From positions 14,384,001 to 14,448,000 of the forward strand of contig NC_043008.1 of assembly GCF_006345805.1 (NCBI RefSeq): a stretch of DNA of 64,000 nt. The letters are read 5' to 3'. Origin of the DNA: Octopus sinensis (Eukaryota). This document shows positions 38,662 to 51,604 of this stretch, in pieces. The position numbers were made by a program, and so were the translations under genes. Each line of letters starts with the position of its first letter. The first letter of the stretch is position 1. The notes below the pieces were generated by a model that was not told the origin of the DNA, made no database searches, and saw nothing but the letters and a program-made list of their open reading frames with translations.

Positions 38662-39100
38662 CAATGTCTATTATGTTTGAAGAATTTTCGGGTAGCTAAA
38701 ATTTCAACTGAAAAGAATGCTCTCACTCTTCAAGAATTTTGTAAAAAGAATAAATCTAACAATAATTAGCAATTAATAATATTCATGAATTACAGGAAAA
38801 AGTGGTAGCCTGCTGTGTGCGAGCAGTGTGACAAAATCTTTTACCTGAATGCAATGGTCTTCAAAATTCCTATAAACGAACATCATTGATGAAAATTACT
38901 ACCATTCAATGAGAACTTGGCTTGGAGGATGTTGATGCGAGAGATATTGGTGTGTTATTAGCTTCCTATTCAAAAGACTTAAGTGATGATAATCTTGTTG
39001 AAATAGCCGGAAGAAAATTTGAAAAAACACACAATCTGTAAAAAGAAGTAATTGTGAAAGTACCTGAGTTTTAATTCCGTGATTTAGTGTTGTCCAAACA
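38662..39100 (+). pseudogene. pogo/Tigger transposase C-terminal fragment
   Basis: LTLQEFCKK, CVRAV*QNLLPEC and ELGLEDVDARDIGVLLASYSKDLSDDNL resemble TL.EFWK, .N.VWK.L.P.C and LG.E.VD..D..ELL.S...ELSD.DL. Confidence 0.65.
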
Positions 39101-39582
39101 ACGGTTAAAAGATGCGAAATTTGCAATTTATCACAAATGTATTTGCTTGCTGCTGTTTATATAAACAACTTGCTTCTCAAGCTAAAATGAGTGCAAAAAG
39201 AAAGAATACAAGTGTTCAACTTAATTTTCTTAAAATTTTCTCGAAAATAGTAATGGCTAATTAAAGATAGCACCCCACCATCACCGCCACCACCACGCTT
39301 TTACATTACATATCGACGTCATATTCCAATAATCCAAGTAATTCGTTGCTCACTTTAATAAAAGGAGTGTCATAATACGTGATTTATGTTGTAAAAAGAC
39401 AATAAAACCGAATACATACACATATAGATAGAGAGACAGACAGTCAGTCAGACAGACAGTCAGACAGACAGTCAGACAGACAGTCAGACAGTCAGTCAGA
39501 CAGACAGTTAGACAGACGTTCAGTCAGATAGACAGATCGGTTAATAGATGTGCATATATACAAAGATTTAAGGCGTCGGATG

Positions 39583-39629
39583 TGATGCTGAAGAGAGAGC
39601 AATAACACCTGAAATATGCATGTACATCA
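39583..39629 (+). ncRNA. Compact type I hammerhead motif with weak stem II
   Basis: Stem I TGATG/CATCA; CTGAAGA 39588-39594; GAAA 39611-39614; palindromic stem III ATATG|CATGT; A39624. Confidence 0.6.
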
Positions 39630-39741
39630 ATTATCTATTTTTCTATCTTCGACCTTAGACAAAGTATCGTCTACGAAACATCATAACTTTCAGGTCTGAA
39701 CCCTATAGAAAATCAGTAGAGATAAATTATATATAAATTAT

Positions 39742-39786
<45 letters not shown>

Positions 39787-39811
39787 ATATATATATATAT
39801 AAAAATGCATG

Positions 39812-39844
<33 letters not shown>

Positions 39845-39902
39845 AGCAATATATATATATATACATACATATAGATATATAGATATGCATATATATATAT
39901 GA

Positions 39903-39972
<70 letters not shown>

Positions 39973-40626
39973 GTATATACATATGAAGATAAAAAAGCAT
40001 ATGAAGGACAATTGCAGTGGGAGTATATTTTACTAATATAATATAAAGGCGAACTAGTTAATGCACTAATATTGTCCACGTAACGTCTAATATTTCCAAC
40101 ATACGTAATAATTAATTAAAAATCTTTTCTAAGGAAATATTTAAATCTTTTTTCAGTGAGAGTGCATTCATTTCAGGGCTGTTTCCAGTTTACTTGGTAT
40201 TTAAGCGTGAAAACATGGAAATATGGAAATTGTAGGCGAGGCCGAGCCTTATGTAATTGGAAGATAAGAAATGCAATTTATGCTCGGAAGAAATATTCCA
40301 TATATTAACTTAAGACAGGCCTCCTTCGTCATGCTTGAAAATCATCAATAATAGTCTTCTTATTTCCAGCCTATCACCTCTCTCTCACACAATCCTACTA
40401 TCTCCCAATCTATCGCTCTCTGTTCTGCTATACAAACTAATTGGCACGTAATTTTCAGACAGGCGTGCAGATATTTCCACATTGTATTTTTATCCAATAA
40501 TGCCGAGGAAGTGAATCGCTTGTAATACGTAAAATAGCCAACCGGCTTATGTAATAAGGACAATCAACTTACGGAAACACTTGCATGTACTATAAAGACT
40601 AAAACAGAAATTACGTTTTCTGATTT

Positions 40627-40667
<41 letters not shown>

Positions 40668-40763
40668 TGATAGATAGATAGATAGAGATAGATAGATAGA
40701 TAGATAGATAGATGATAGATAGATAGATAGATAGATATAGATAGATAGATAGATAGATAGATG

Positions 40764-40840
<77 letters not shown>

Positions 40841-41925
40841 GTGCATTATTATTTCTGGTTATGTACCTACCTGAGTCGGAAAGAGAAAGACTGGAAGAAA
40901 ATAATATAAAACAGAATATTTGAAATGATTTTGTTCACCTAAGTTTATCTATTATTGAAAACCGTTCATCTTAGTGTTATTGGGTGCAACATCGATGAGA
41001 GAAAAACATTCGTTATTATTCTCAAATTTTTGTATTGCTTAAAGACATAGTTCCTATTAACTATTTACTACTTCGGAATTGTGTATGTCCAAATATCAAC
41101 ATTTACAAGAATTCTTATTCACCTCCTCTTCTCACCAAGTACACGCCTTCCAAAATACAAAATTGGATTTTGGACGGTCGGGAATTTCATGAGAATGCTG
41201 AAATCTTTTTTACTATTTTTCTCTATTTTTTCCTTTTGTTATTTTTTTTTTAGTTGTTACAGTCTTTGCGCTTTGGCCATGCTGGAGCACCGCTTTGAAG
41301 AGTTTGGTCGGAACTAGTCGATCCTAGTACTTATTTTTCGAGTCTGGTACTTTTCCTTATAAACAATAAGCGCAAGAGTGGCTGTGTGGTAAGTAGCTTT
41401 CTTACCAGCCACATGGTTCCGGGTTCAGTCCCACTGCGTGGCACCTTGGGCAAGTATTTTCTACTATAGCCTAGGGCCGACCAAAGACTTGTGAGTGAAT
41501 TTGGTAGCTGGAAACTAAAAGAAGCCCGTCGTATGTATAGATATGTATATATACATATGTGTGTGCGTGTGTGGTGTGTGTGTGTGTGTAAAACTTCTTA
41601 CATTAGTACCTGTTTTGATATTTTTATAGCTCAACCACCGATGGAAGATCACCGCCTCCGATATCTTTCAAAGGTTGTTCGAGACTACAGAAAGGTACTG
41701 AGGATGGAAATTTAGCTTCAGAGAAAAGACCTAAATCGAAATTTTGCGACTAAAAGCACGAAAAGGAACACTAAAAAGAACTCTTCTAAAACCGCTAAAA
41801 GCCCTCAAGGACCAAGTTGCTATTCAAACCGAGAATTTTTTTAAGTGCAGTACTTTGCTGGAATTTGAACTGAAAAGTAAAGGGACAAAATGGTAAATGC
41901 CGAAGGTCATTTTGTCCTGAAACTC

Positions 41926-42340
41926 TTCTTATTTCTTTATTGCCCACAAGGGGTTAAACATAGAGAGGACAAACAAGGACAAAGGGATTATGTCGATTAC
42001 ATCGACCCCAGTGCTTAACTGGTACTTTATTTAACGACCCCAAAAGGATGAAAGGCAAAGTCGACCTCGGCGGAATTTGAACTCAGAACGTAGCGGCAGA
42101 CGAAATACCTATTTCTTTACTACCCACAAGGGGATAAACACAGAGAGGACAAACAAGGACAGACAAACGGATTAAGTCGATTACATCGACCCCAGTGCGT
42201 AACTGGTACTTATTTAATCGACCCCGAAAGAATGAAAGGCAAAGTCGACCTCGGCGGAATTTGAACTCAGAACGTAACGGCAGACGAAATACGGCTAAGC
42301 ATTTCGCCCGGCGTGCTAACGTTTCTGCCAGCTAGCTCGC
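41926..42340 (-). mobile_element. Multimer-family SINE dimer with 13-bp TSD
   Basis: TTGT(C/T)CTGAAACT on both sides; inserted into an older SINE. Confidence 0.9.
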
Positions 42341-42584
42341 CTTGTTCTGAAACTGTTCTGATTCAGCCAGTCACTGTCCATGGGAGACCATGAGAGACCA
42401 TGAGAGCCACTTGATCCGCTAGAAAGAGTAGGCAGATCTTCATTCAATTACAGCCTGTTGTTTAAATAAAGAGGACACATAGGTAACGGTGTTCTCGGAG
42501 CATCATCTCTGGTAAAAAGACGTGATGATCACGCATGGAATAATATCTTCGATCACAGTCGATCTGGGACAGAACAGCGAGAAA

Positions 42585-42852
42585 CACTGTCCATATGGAG
42601 ACGAAGCAAGGAAAAGAGAACAATGAAAAATTACTTTTAAACCTCTGGAAACTGAATATTTTCTCAGCATATTCCGTAAATATATTTGAAGAGGAAAAGA
42701 CGTGGCTTAGGTAATGTCCACCTAGATTGATGAGAACTCACCTATCATATTTGGCCTCGGATGTTTTTATGTCAGAATGATGAATGTATCCATAAAATAA
42801 ATGACATTTTGCGCTGTCTATACATAATTCTTCAACTGTATATTCACTAAAC
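42585..42852. repeat. ~265-bp duplicated element, copy 1 (copy 2 at 54329-54590)
   Basis: Gap-free alignment over the first 177 bp; 55-bp core (42707-42761) with one mismatch. Confidence 0.85.
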
Positions 42853-42906
42853 TGACATGCATACAGACAAACACACTGAAATGCACATTTACACAGACAT
42901 ACACAT

Positions 42907-43510
42907 AAACGTATAAGACAGTGGGCCGGGAATGTTACCGCCATTCCCTGATGTACCGGCATTAACTGTGATGCTATATCGGGGATAAAACTATAACCTT
43001 AACATTTTCACATGTCACCAAGAGCATCTGGGTGACCTGAAGCATTGTCCAAAATCTAAAAAAAAAAGCATTAATCTAGATTTATAGACTTACTATATTC
43101 TTCGCTCTCGAAACAGAAGCTATTCTTGAACTAATCTTTAAATAAAGATTTTGTAACACAAGTTTTTGTATTAGATTTCCGATAATCTAGTAAGCAATAC
43201 TGGCTGCACCTTTAATAGTTTGTTGGTTTTCTGAAAGATATAACACAGGCATTTGTTGCAAATCATTATCAGTATATCTATCCAATAAAATTCTTCGACA
43301 ATCGATCGTTAACCACTTTGACCCTGGTTACGCTTTTCCTTTCTTCGCTAAATAAGGACATCAATTTCCAAAACAATGTCGTTTCGTTCATGGTTATATT
43401 CTGGCCATTAACAAAATCTCTACTGTGAATATATTATTTTACTTCAGTCTGACATCCACACTTTCTTCTATAAATCTAACGTAGTGGATTCTAGACCGTT
43501 TCCCTGTCAA
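42907..43510 (-). pseudogene. pogo/Tigger transposase DDE-domain fragment
   Basis: MNETTLFWKLM..EERKS..NDRLS, KSNTKTCVT..LFKD*F, ILDNASGHP and ENVKV..LMPVHQG..TF match the DETGLFWK, SNKKAWVT, LDNAPGHP and QPMDQG motifs. Confidence 0.85.
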
Positions 43511-44174
43511 ACAATCTATTGTGTTGTGACCCCCTTCGGTCATGAATGACCATGGGATTTGCACCTAGAAAGTTACACGCCGAGGCACAATTTGGGCAAG
43601 GTTGTTTATGGAAGACCAGCAGTCGCCCATGCATACCAGCCTCCCTTCTCCACGCCACCAATGTTATCCAGGGGAATGCAAGGACCGATACCGCTTAGCA
43701 TCAGTGACGTCGCAGCTCATTTATTATTACATTTGAAGGTTATGTGTTTATTTCCAGATTGTTTTAAACAGAATCTATCCAAATGAATTACAAATAGTTG
43801 CCACATTGTAGTTATGCGATGTGAGCTCGATTTTTGTAAGGGGTTTATGGTAGAAGTACTTCAGTTTTGCGTGATTTTAAAACTTTACGTCAGCGTTGTT
43901 TCTTAGTATAACATCGCCTGATAGTACACTTTTCACATTGTACAAAGGATGAAGCGCTCGCGGTGGCGTTGGAGAAACTCCAGTCTATTGTTTTCAATCA
44001 AGGTTAGTCATACTTTTTATTTGCTTTCATTTTCATTTTTCTTCTGTAATTGTTCTCTGAAATATCTCAAACAAGTCTCATTATTTTGCTTCGTATGGAG
44101 GGAAGTTTCAAAGCAGTTGGCCATAGTTATCCTCTTTTTCTTTGATTTTCAAAGAGATATTTTCACAGATGATC

Positions 44175-44960
44175 TCTATGACGAGCTGGTAGACACGTTA
44201 GCACGCCGGGCGAAATGCTTAGCGGTATTTCGTCTGCCGCTACGTTCTGAGTTCAAATTCCGCCGAGGTCGACTTTGCCTTTCATCCTTTCGGGGTCGAT
44301 TAAATAAGTACCAGTTACGCACTGGAGTCGATATAATCGACTTCATCCGTTTGTCTGTCCTTGTTTGACCTCTCTGTGTTTAGCCCCTTGTGGGTAGTAA
44401 AGAAATAGGTACACACTTTTCTTATGAGCGGCGGGCTAGCAGAATCGTTAGCACGCCCGGCGAAATGGTTAGCGATATTTCATCTGCAGTTAAGCTCTGA
44501 GTTCAAATTGCGCTGAGGTCGATTTGACTTTCATCCTTTAAGGCAGCGAGCTGTCAGAAACGTTAGCACGCCGGGCGAAATGCGTAGCCGTATTTCGTCT
44601 GCCGCTACGTTCTGAGCTCAAATTCCGCCGAGGTCGACTTTGCCTTTCGTCCTTTCGGGGTCGATTAAATAAGTACCAGTTACGCACTGGGGTCGATATA
44701 ATCGACTTCATCCGTTTGTCTGTCCTTGTTTGTCCTCTCTGTGTTTAGCCCCTTGTGGGTAGTAAAGAAATAGGTATTTCGTCTGCCGCTACGTTCTGAG
44801 TTCAAATTCCGCCGAGGTCGACTTTGCCTTTCATTCTTTCGGGGTCGATTAAATAAGTACCAGTTACGCACTGGGGTCGATGTAATCGACTTAATCCGTG
44901 TTTCTGTCCTTGTTTGTCTCCTCTGTGTTTAGCCCCTTGTGTGTAGTAAAGAAATAGGTC
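44175..44960 (+). mobile_element. Cluster of multimer-family SINEs
   Basis: Monomer, older head fragment, then dimer. Confidence 0.9.
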
Positions 44961-45754
44961 CATACTTTTCTTATCTGTCCCAAACAAAAGATATATGACT
45001 TAATAAGTTTGCACTTTTACAAAGTTTTTATTAGAATGTGTGTCTGTGTGTCTGTGTGTCTGTGTGTGTGTGTGTGTGCAAGTGTATCTATATATGTTTG
45101 TATGTATTTATGTATGTATGTATTCATGTGCACGTGTGTATGTATGTGTGTGCGTAAATTTGTATTCCAGGTTATCACCCTCTCCGTGTTGGAAGCAGAA
45201 AAACTACAAGGAAATGGGAATTTACATTTCGCAATATGTGTAGTTTTCACAGGTTAATCTATTATTGAAGAGCATTTATCTTGATAATATGAAACACAAT
45301 GAAGATGAGAGCAAAACATCCCTTATTATTGGTGGAGGATATATTTCTTATTAACTATGTATTACTTTGCAATATTTATGTATCCAAATATCATCACTCG
45401 AAATAATTGTTTTTCACCTCTTCATTTCGCTAGATAGAGATTGAATTTTAGAAGATCAGGAATTTTATTAGAATACTGAAATTCTGGCAGTAAACGTTTC
45501 AATAGTAAATTGCTTTAAAGATGACAAAATTACCAACAATGATAAATATGATGCAGACGAACAGAGTTAATGCAGATATACCTGATAAACCATTCCTTTC
45601 GTTGTTATCATCATTAACACCTGGACATGTCTGTCTCGAATCTGGGAAATCATAAAACTGATTACCCAGTTTCCATGGTATGAGGAAACAAAATCACATT
45701 TCTCGCCTGTTCGTCGCAAGTTTACTCGTTACCAGCTGAGTTGACTGGAACTAC

Positions 45755-46230
45755 ATGAAATGAACTGTTGTGTTCACGAAATAAAGTTATGTTCATAAAA
45801 TGAAATATTATGTTCACGAAATGAAGTTATGTTCATGAAATGAAGTGTTATGTTCATGAAATGAAATTATATTCATGAAATGAAGTGCTATGTTCATAAA
45901 TTGAAGTTATGTTCATGAAATGAAGTATTATGTTCACAAATTGAAGTTATGTTCATGAAATGAGCTACATGACCTGAAGTGTTATGTTCATGAAATAAAA
46001 TTATGTTCATGAAATGAAGTTATGTTCATGAAATGAAGTTATGTTCATGAAATGAAGTGTTATGTTCATGAAATGAAGTTATGTTCATGAAATGAAGTGT
46101 TATGTTCATGAAATGAAGTTATGTTCATGAAATGGAGTGTTATATTCACGAAATGGAGTGTTATGTTCACGAAATGAAGTTATGTTCATGAAATGAAGTG
46201 TTATGTTCACGAAATGAAGTGTTATGTTCA
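45755..46230. repeat. 19/21-bp minisatellite (ATGAAATGAAG[TG]TTATGTTC)n inside a minus-strand SINE
   Basis: About 23 units; flanks 45730-45754 and 46231-46320 are contiguous parts of a tRNA-derived SINE. Confidence 0.85.
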
Positions 46231-46333
46231 TGAACACAACACGTCACCAGTCTGGAAATCGAAACCACGATTTGGGAGATCGTGTGTGCAACATACTGAC
46301 CAGTAAGTCACGCGCCTTCACTTATTACATTAG

Positions 46334-46377
<44 letters not shown>

Positions 46378-46541
46378 CAACGAGATTCTTTCAGTTTCCG
46401 TCTACCAAATCCACTCACAAGGCTTTTGTCGGCCCAAGCCTATAGTAGAAAACACTTGCCCAAGGTGCCACGCAGTGGGACTGAACCCGGAACCATGTGG
46501 TTAGTAAGCAAGCTACTTACCACACAGCCAGTCCTGCGTCT

Positions 46542-47440
46542 AATTTAATTTCTTAGATATAACCCTACATTTTGGTACTGGCAAATAATTATAATTAAAT
46601 TATGTTAAAATAAGTTCCAACTATCCCGTAATAATCCTTAGAATCTTAAGAATTTAGTTAATGATATTAACGCATATCGATCTTATTCTCTAGCAATGAA
46701 TGCTTTAACTGAACTTCTCATTATTACCATGACACAGTAACAGAGAGAAACTTCAGGGATATACATTATCATCAGAACAGCGCTAATAATCAAAAACGCT
46801 AAAACAGGAAACGAAATACAGTGTTATCCGTCATTGTTGAAATGTTCATTCTAATGTTCTCGGGAGTTTTGTAAACTTTATAAGCACTTCTCCCGGCAGA
46901 CCATAGAAACCATCAGAACTGAAATCTAGCGTTCAGGTGGGCTACAGCTGCTGTAAAAAACATTCATTGTTTCAATAACCACTATGGAAAAATGGAAACT
47001 GTCCAGTAGTACTCACAATTCTTCTCCCCTGAGTAAATGCAACAACTTCAATATCTGCCCTCTTACCACATGCCCCGTTCTAAAGCGTTGGTTTATGGAG
47101 CTTGTGTATGTCTTGGTCTTGCAAATAACATTGAAACAAAAAACTATATGTGGATAACTGAAAATCTATTTAAAAATATGATTGATGCAACATACCTGTC
47201 CGCGCATTCAGACGCTCAGAAACTCGCCTCTCCATATCACTCTCCAAATATATTTGGAGTTGTAAAGATGATTAATCTGTTATGGAATGTGCGTTCCCCC
47301 TAAAATAATGACACCAGAATTACTTTTTCTCTTCTGGAAGTGTAAAATCTTATAATATTATGAAAATTTAAATTTAAAAAATGGAATTGGTATATTCTTG
47401 TAGATACTTCGAAATTTATTGACGAATTTCGAACTACTAA
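46542..47440 (+). pseudogene. Penelope-like element RT-thumb + linker + GIY-YIG fragment (second lineage)
   Basis: FNFLDITLHFGTG, NYVKISSNYP, RISILFSSNECFN, NVHSNV, GYSCCK, KCNNFNICPL, ALVYGA..KNYMWITENLFK, LSKYIWSCKD and ELVYSCR occur in the order expected for NFLD.TL / SNHPP / CNC..CPL / LSK.IW / CRH-type PLEs. Confidence 0.8.
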
Positions 47441-47569
47441 CTGGCTTAAAAAGTGAATTTTCCAAAATTCTAGATTTAGCATACTTTGAATGGTAGTTAG
47501 CTAATCCTTTCTACTATAGATAGGCACAAGGCCTGAAATTTGGAGGGAAGGAATCCAGTCGGTTAGATC

Positions 47570-48130
47570 GACCCTAGTACGCAATTGGTACTTAATTTAC
47601 GACCCCGAAGTCGACTTCGACGGAATTTGAACTCAGAACGTGCGATGGGCGAAATACCGCTAAGTATTTTGCCCAGCGTACTGATGATTCTTATTTCTTT
47701 ATTGCCCACAAGGGGCTAAACATAGAGGGGACAAACAAGGACATTAAGTCGATCACATCGACCCCAGTGCGTAACTGGTACTTAATTTATCGACCCCTGA
47801 AAGGATGAAAGGCAAAGTCGACCTCGGCGGAATTTGAACTCAGAATGTAACGGCAGACAAAATACCGCTAAGCATTTCGCCCGGCGTGCTAACGTTTCTT
47901 ATTCTTTATTGCTCACAAGGAGCTAAACATAGAGGGAACAAACAAGGACAGACAAAGGGATTAAATCGATTACATCGACCCCAGTGCGTAACTGGTCCTT
48001 AATTTATCGACCCCTGAAAGGATGAAAGGCAAAGTCGACCTCAGCGGAATTTGAACTCAGAACGTAGCGATGGGAGAAATACCACTAAGTATTTTACCCA
48101 GCTTGCTAATGATTCTGCCATCTCACCGCC
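47570..48130 (-). mobile_element. Nested SINE array with ~60-bp duplication of the older SINE head
   Basis: GAACTCAGAACGT(A)GCGATGGG.GAAATACC.CTAAGTATTTT.CCCAGC..ATGATTCT on both sides of younger units. Confidence 0.75.
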
Positions 48131-48229
48131 TTAATGAAGGTCAAAAAATGAAAACGATGTATCCACGTAACTGTATCCACCATTTTTGATTTCTGTATTT
48201 TACACAGATGATACGTTTTCTAGATATGA

Positions 48230-48560
48230 CGAAATGATAGTAATACACAAGAAACATTAGCTGAGAAATTCATAAACTTAGTTTCGCTTTAAATTATTTA
48301 TCTTAGCAACTACGGACATATCTATCGTTTTTCCGAAGGACCAACTTTCAAGATTTCAGTTTGTCCGTAATGTATGTGAGACAAACCAATCCATCAATCC
48401 TCATCAATCATATATTTGATCGATGTTTTAATTTTGGGATTTGTGGAAATATTTCATTTCATCAATTAAACTTCAAAATTTCCTCACCACTTTTACGTTT
48501 GTATGCAAGATGGGACGAGCCTATGTACCTCTAATATTATCTTTTTGGCAGTGTTTGTGA
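48230..48560 (-). pseudogene. hAT transposase fragment (LHT.VRW region)
   Basis: ILHTNVK, F*SLIDEMKYFHKS and GKTIDM resemble LLHTDVRWLS, F..L..EI..FL and QGK..I.DM. Confidence 0.55.
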
Positions 48561-48626
48561 TATCCAAAAATGTCTTAACAGCATGTTTGGTAGCTATTTT
48601 TTCTTTTTTTTTTTTGTCGTTTTTGT

Positions 48627-49029
48627 CAGGAGTGGCTCTGTGGTAAGTAGCTTGTTTACCAACCACATGGTTACGGGTTCAGTCCCACTGCGTGGCACCT
48701 TGGGCAAGTGTCTTCTACTATAGACTCGGGCCGACCAAAGCCTTGTGAGTGGATTTGGTAGACGGAAACTGAAAGAAGCCCGTCGTATATATGTATATAT
48801 ATATATATATGCGTGTGTGTGTTTGTGTGTCTTTGTTTGTCCCCCTAGCATTGCTTGACAACCGATGCTGGTGTGTTTACGTCCCTGTCACTTAGCGGTT
48901 CGGCAAAAGAGGCCGATAGAATAAGTACTGAGCTTACAAAAGAATAAGTCCTGGGATCGAGTTGCTCGATTAAAGGCGGTGCTCCAGCATGGCCACAGTC
49001 AAATGACTGAAACAAGTAAAAGAGTAAAA
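48627..49029 (+). mobile_element. OK-like SINE, full length
   Basis: Family match; GTAGCTATT duplicated at the flanks. Confidence 0.9.
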
Positions 49030-49406
49030 TAGTAGCTATTGCAGTTTGATATTTCTTACGGAATTTGTTTTCGCATTTACATATTTCCCATATTCTAGTA
49101 TTGAAAAGTCAGTGCTTTTATAAGATTGATTATTTTTATAACATTATTCACGGCATGTGTAAAGTAGTAGGTTGTCAGATAAATTCGATCGTTCCCCCCA
49201 CCCCACCCCATTCTTTACTTTAATCCTTTCCAGTGTTACTCGAATTAACATGAAAAATAATTATGTAGCACTGACATGTTTTGTGTTCTCTTTTGAAGCT
49301 CTATTCTTCCTCTGTAACTTTTGTCTCTCATGTTTTAAATTCAAATCAATTCTTCTTTTCAGCCGCAGCTGTGACTGTGTGGCAAGAAGCTTACTTCCAA
49401 CCCATA

Positions 49407-50002
49407 AGGCGGCGAGCTGGTAGAAACGTTAGCGCACCGGGCTAAATTCTAAACGGTATTTCGTCTGCCGCTACGTTCTGAGTTCAAATTCCCCCGAGGT
49501 CGACTTTGCCTTTCATCCTTTCGGGGTCGATTAAATAAGTACCAGTTACGCACTGGGGTCGGTATAATCGACTTAATCCCTTTGTCTGTCCTTGTTTGTC
49601 CTCTCTGTGTTTAGCCCCTTGTGGGTAGTAAAGAAATAGGTATTTCGTCTGCGTTACGTTCTGAGTTCAAATTCCGCCGAGGTCGACTTTGCCTTTCATC
49701 CTTTCGGGGTCGATTAAATAAGTACCAGTTACGCACTGGGGTCGGTATAATCGACTTAATCCCTTTGTCTGTCCTTGTTTGTCCTCTCTGTGTTTAGCCC
49801 CTTGTGGGTAGTAAAGAAATAGGTATTTCGTCTGCGTTACGTTCTGAGTTCAAATTCCGCCGAGGTCGACTTTGCCTTTCATCCTTTCGGGGTCGATAAA
49901 TTAGTACCAGTTGCGCACTGGGGTCGATATAATCGACTTAATACCTATGTCTGTCCTTGTTTGTCCCCTCTGTGTGTAGCCCCTTGGGTGCCGTAAAGAA
50001 AT
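49407..50002 (+). mobile_element. Multimer-family SINE trimer with 23-bp TSD
   Basis: AAGAAGCTTACTTCCAACCCATA at 49384-49406 and 50003-50025; it splits an OK-like SINE. Confidence 0.92.
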
Positions 50003-50421
50003 AAGAAGCTTACTTCCAACCCATATCGTACCACAAAGCTTTGTGTGTGGGTTTGGTAGACGGAAAATGAATTACCTTCAGTTCCACCAACAGAAGAGCG
50101 GCGTTCATTGATCTGTTTTCCGTGGCACATAGTGCATCGGGGCCTTAAATTCATTGAACTCTTTCGACACAGTGTGTGTGTCTTTGTGTCTCTGTCTCCC
50201 ACCACAGCGTGTCAACCGGTGTTGATGTGCTTACGTCCCGATAACTTGTGGTTCGTCAATAGGGACCGATAGAATAAGTACCAGGTCTAACAAGAAAATA
50301 AGTTTTGGGGTCGATTCTGTCGGTGCCCCAGTATGGCCGCAATCCAGTGACTGAGACAGGTAAAAGATAAAAGATATGACAGAGGAGTGACAAATAGAAA
50401 AAAAAAGAAAGAATTTATTTA

Positions 50422-50591
50422 GCTGTGTCTGGGGAGAGTCATTTTCTTTTTGTGCCTTATAATGTAACACACTCACCGGTAAAATTTCCACTCTTTTCTT
50501 ATTTTTATTTTCCTAAAATTTTCGTTGCGTCTTGCAACCTTTTCAATAGTTTTATAGGGCACAAAAAGAAAATGACTCTCCCCAGACACAA
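50422..50591. mobile_element. ~40-bp inverted repeat element
   Basis: TGTGTCTGGGGAGAGTCATTTTCTTTTTGTGCC(T/C)TATA and its reverse complement; AAAGAATTTATTT repeated at ~50408 and ~50653. Confidence 0.6.
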
Positions 50592-50914
50592 CAGAATATG
50601 CTTTAACACACGAACTCATATAAAGAATCTTGCAAACCAAATCCAAAAACGAAAAGAATTTATTTGATAAATCAATTTTTATTTCTTTACTACCCACAAG
50701 GGGATAAACACAGACAGGACAAACAAGGACAGACAAACGGATTAAGTCGATTACATCGACCCCAGTGCGCGATTGGTACTTAATTTATCGACCCCGAAAG
50801 GATGAAAGGCAAAGTCGACCTCGGCGGAATTTGAACTCAGAACGTAACGGCAGACGAAATACGGCCACGCATTTCGCCCGGCGTGCTAACGTTTCTGCCA
50901 GCTCGCCGCCTTGT

Positions 50915-51152
50915 ATATCAATATTCTAATACTCGAACCTTCTTGGTGGATAGCACAAAGAAACAACATAAAAGATAAATCTTTCTTGCAGAAAATAATT
51001 AATCCTTTGATACTAGTCACCATTGCTGGGCTCAATTGGTGCAGGACGCATGTGGCTTATGACACGGTATATTCATTGATATTACGTATCGTTTCAATAT
51101 GTTTCACAAATATCGTGTTGTTCGTTTTTACACACCGATATTTCAGATAGCA
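50915..51152 (-). pseudogene. hAT transposase fragment (PAM..C.IHQ region)
   Basis: PAMVTSIKGLIIFCKKD..LCAIHQE resembles GAPAM.G..HC.IHQ. Confidence 0.65.
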
Positions 51153-51161
51153 CTTCGTTTG

Positions 51162-51595
51162 GGATCTTTTCGGTTTGAACGGCAGTTTTTTTCTAGCGGT
51201 GTCATATGAAATTGTCACCCATAATTATGGCCCTAGTATCGATCTATTACATTTCAATCTGTTTTACGGTTAGGGTTAGTTAGGGTTAGGGTTAGGGGTG
51301 GGGGAAAGGGTATCTTTTTTTCTTCACAAATGTAAATAAACCCGATCTGTTTCTTAAACGAGGGACATATTCATACGGCATAGAATGTTTTTTACCTCAA
51401 TGGACGTCACTGATTGGTTGAAATTGCAGAAATTGAAGAAAAAAAACAACAAATATCTTACAAACTATAGAATTTTTTCAATAAAGCCAAGAGAAAAAGA
51501 TGTTTTATAAACACATTCTACCAGTATACGAAGTTTAAAATTTTTTAGTTACCAAGAAATTATGTTAAAAACTGCCGTTCAAACAGAAAAGATCC
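51162..51595. mobile_element. 434-bp MITE with 28-bp TIRs, 9-bp TSD and internal TTAGGG repeats
   Basis: TIR GGATCTTTTCGGTTTGAACGGCAGTTTT; TSD CTTCGTTTG / CATCGTTTG; GGTTAGGGTTAGTTAGGGTTAGGGTTAGGG inside. Confidence 0.9.
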
Positions 51596-51604
51596 CATCG
51601 TTTG

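Noticed and set aside
40360-40563. Minus ORF with IDWEIV, weakly GIY-YIG-like
   Set aside because: Too little motif support to call a fourth PLE fragment.
42707-42761. C/D snoRNA, SECIS or hammerhead in the conserved core
   Set aside because: TGATGA is present, but there is no suitably placed D box, SECIS helix or GAAA partner.
43270-43420. Apparent glycoprotein exon VNGQNITMNETTLFWK on the minus strand
   Set aside because: It is the decayed DETGLFWK motif of the Tigger transposase.
51266-51297. True telomere or chromosome fusion site (also ~63168-63195)
   Set aside because: The short TTAGGG tracts are internal to a dispersed MITE with TSDs.
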